From Octopus sinensis (taxonomy: Eukaryota), in assembly GCF_006345805.1 (NCBI RefSeq), contig NC_042997.1, positions 167,462,001-167,526,000 on the forward strand: a DNA stretch of 64,000 nt, in the 5' to 3' direction. The position numbers were made by a program, and so were the translations under genes. Every line of letters starts with the position of its first letter. Positions within the stretch are counted from its first letter, which is position 1. Shown here in pieces: positions 61,823 to 64,000 of the stretch. Under the pieces are notes generated by a model that ran no database searches, was not told where the DNA came from, and saw only the letters and a program-made list of their open reading frames with translations.

Positions 61823-63047
61823 CGAGGTGGTATCAAAACGTTCTCGGACTATTTCTGTAGTGCATCAGCAGATGACAGCACACTGTTGCAAGCGCATTAA
61901 GAGCTATCAGTGTTCTTCATGAGGTAGTGTGCCGAGTGACATCGCAAGTTGTGAAATATGTGCTTGTGGTCACGTGTATGCTGTAGTCTGCGATTTTGCC
62001 ATCGATAGGAAGTTGGAACAAAGAGCCAACGTGAAAATTTGCGTTAAACTTGGGAAATCTGGTGCAGAGATATTGAGCGTGCTCCGGCAAGCTTACAGCC
62101 ACTAGCAATGGGTCGTGCTCTATGTTTCGAGTGACACGAGCGCTTCAAAAGCGGAAGGACGTCCCTGGAAGACGATTTGCGATCTGGAAGACCTATCACC
62201 AGCGTCACACTCGGGAATGTGGAGAAAATTTATCAACTTCTGCATGAGGATCGTCGGAATACAATCAACGACATTGCTGATGCTGTTGATCTATTGTATG
62301 GGTCCATGCAGGCAATCCTAACGTCTGAATTGAACATGCGGCATGTCTCTATTAAGTTTGTTCCCCGCCTGCTGACCATTGAGCAGAAAGAACATCGAGT
62401 CGAAGTCTGTCAAGATCTCCGTCAGCGTGCCGCTGGTAACCCATCCTTCATGTCGAGGATCATCACCGGTGACGAGAGTTGGGTCTACGGGTACGACCTT
62501 GAAATGAAGAAACAGTGGACACAATAGAAGAGCCCTTCATCCCCACGACCGAAGAAGGCACTACGGAGCCGCAGCTCAATCAAGAACATGCTCATCGTTT
62601 ATTGGGGGAGGGGTTGACGTCCACGGTATTGTGCGTCGAGAATTCGTCCCCACTACGGCCAAACAGTCGATCGAGAGTTCTACTGCGACGTTTTGAAGCG
62701 TTTGAGAGAGGACATTAGATGAAAGCGACAGGATTTGTGGAGCGCGAAGAATTATATTCTTCACAATAACAAGGCATCCAATCACCGAACTCTCGTCACT
62801 CGTGTGTTTCTCACCAAAAACAACATGGTGTCGCTTGTGCATCTGCCCTATTCGCCAGATTTAACACCTGCGGACTTCTATCTCTTCCCCAAGAGGAAAA
62901 AGCAGCTCAAAGGTCGCCGTTTTTACACCGTTGCCGAGATCCAGAGCGAATCCAGGCCGGATTCCAAAAGTGGCAGGAACGCTGGAACCAGTGTATTGCT
63001 GCGCAAGGTGACTATTTCGAAGTAGATGATGTTAAAACATAGGTAAA
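61823..63047 (+). mobile_element. Mariner transposon, near full length, pseudogenised, right TIR missing
   Basis: Left TIR TA|CGAGGTGGTATCAAAACGTTCTCGGACT; SGRP, KFVPRLLT, IITGDESWVYGYD, PYSPDLTPADFYLFPK. Confidence 0.92.
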
Positions 63048-63589
63048 TTTTTCAGGAGAGGATGTATTGCCGAATGCAAATAGTTCATGAAAACATGGGT
63101 GAGGGGAAGGTCCCAGATGGAAGCCAATAACAGAACTGCTCTGAAATGGAATTGGCAGGACTTCTACCAAAGGTATTGTCCGTTCCTATCACCCCATATC
63201 TCCTTTACAAAACAGAGTCGCGCACATGTTGCCTGTCTCGTTTCTCTATTTGTTTCTTTCGTTGTTCGAAAAAGAGTTCATCTTCCATGTTTTTCATTTT
63301 TATGTTCTCGTTTCTCATTTTGTTCACGTATTTTTTTTTGACGTCATGTACCCAAATATGCCTGTATGCATACATATATATGTAGGCATGTACATGTATG
63401 TCTGCATATATGCATATATATATATTATTTATATTATTATATGATCGAACGCCACGCATCCATTTCCAAGTAAGTTTTATCTTAATAATTCCTATACACA
63501 CTCTACAACCTATCTCTCTGCGATCTCCCTCTCTTCTTCCTTTGTTTTTCTCTCTCACTCTTTCTCTAATCCTTCTCCTCTCTCCTTCA

Positions 63590-63594
63590 CCGTT

Positions 63595-63645
<51 letters not shown>

Positions 63646-63734
63646 CTCTCTCTGTTAGACAATATCGACGAGCACAGGGGAGGTAACTCATTGTTAAAGA
63701 GTTGCTTTCCCTATTGTCTTTGACAGCTCTACCC

Positions 63735-63778
<44 letters not shown>

Positions 63779-63826
63779 GTCTATCTATCTATCTATCTAT
63801 CTATCCATCTATCTATCTATCTATCC

Positions 63827-63865
<39 letters not shown>
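63590..63865. repeat. (CT)n and (TATC)n microsatellites
   Basis: Direct inspection. Confidence 0.95.
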
Positions 63866-63866
<1 letters not shown>

Positions 63867-64000
63867 GATCGTGTAAAATTAATTTTGCTAGTTTTTTTTT
63901 GTGTGTATTTTTTTATTGTTTCTTCTAAAATTATGCCGACTTCACTAGCTTAAATCATTAACTAGCTTATTTCTCTAATGACATAAGAGAAACACTTTTT

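Overview
Eukaryotic, AT-rich, repeat-saturated non-coding DNA with no host protein-coding exon I can support. The SINE families and the very high load of (TA)n, (CA)n, (GATA)n, (CATA)n and (TAA)n suggest an octopod cephalopod intron or intergenic region (inference). Almost all ORFs in the track are microsatellite artefacts. Real content: four tRNA-headed SINE families (about 25 copies); decayed LINEs (RTE, CR1, Jockey/I-like, an L1/Tx1-like ORF1, and microsatellite-associated R4/Dong-like elements with a restriction-like endonuclease, REL); mariner/Tc1/pogo relics; three non-autonomous Helitron-like elements; a Gypsy-like gag-protease relic; and four Penelope-like element (PLE) fragments. The most striking unannotated signal is about 15 minimal type-I hammerhead-ribozyme motifs (stem I - CUGANGA - stem II - GAAA - short palindrome - NUH - stem I) of at least ten unrelated sequence types. 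Several lie inside short fold-back elements embedded in (TA)n, and two lie at the 3' end of PLE coding fragments. All folds were read by eye and none is shown to cleave. Element boundaries are approximate unless a target-site duplication (TSD) or terminal inverted repeat (TIR) is quoted.
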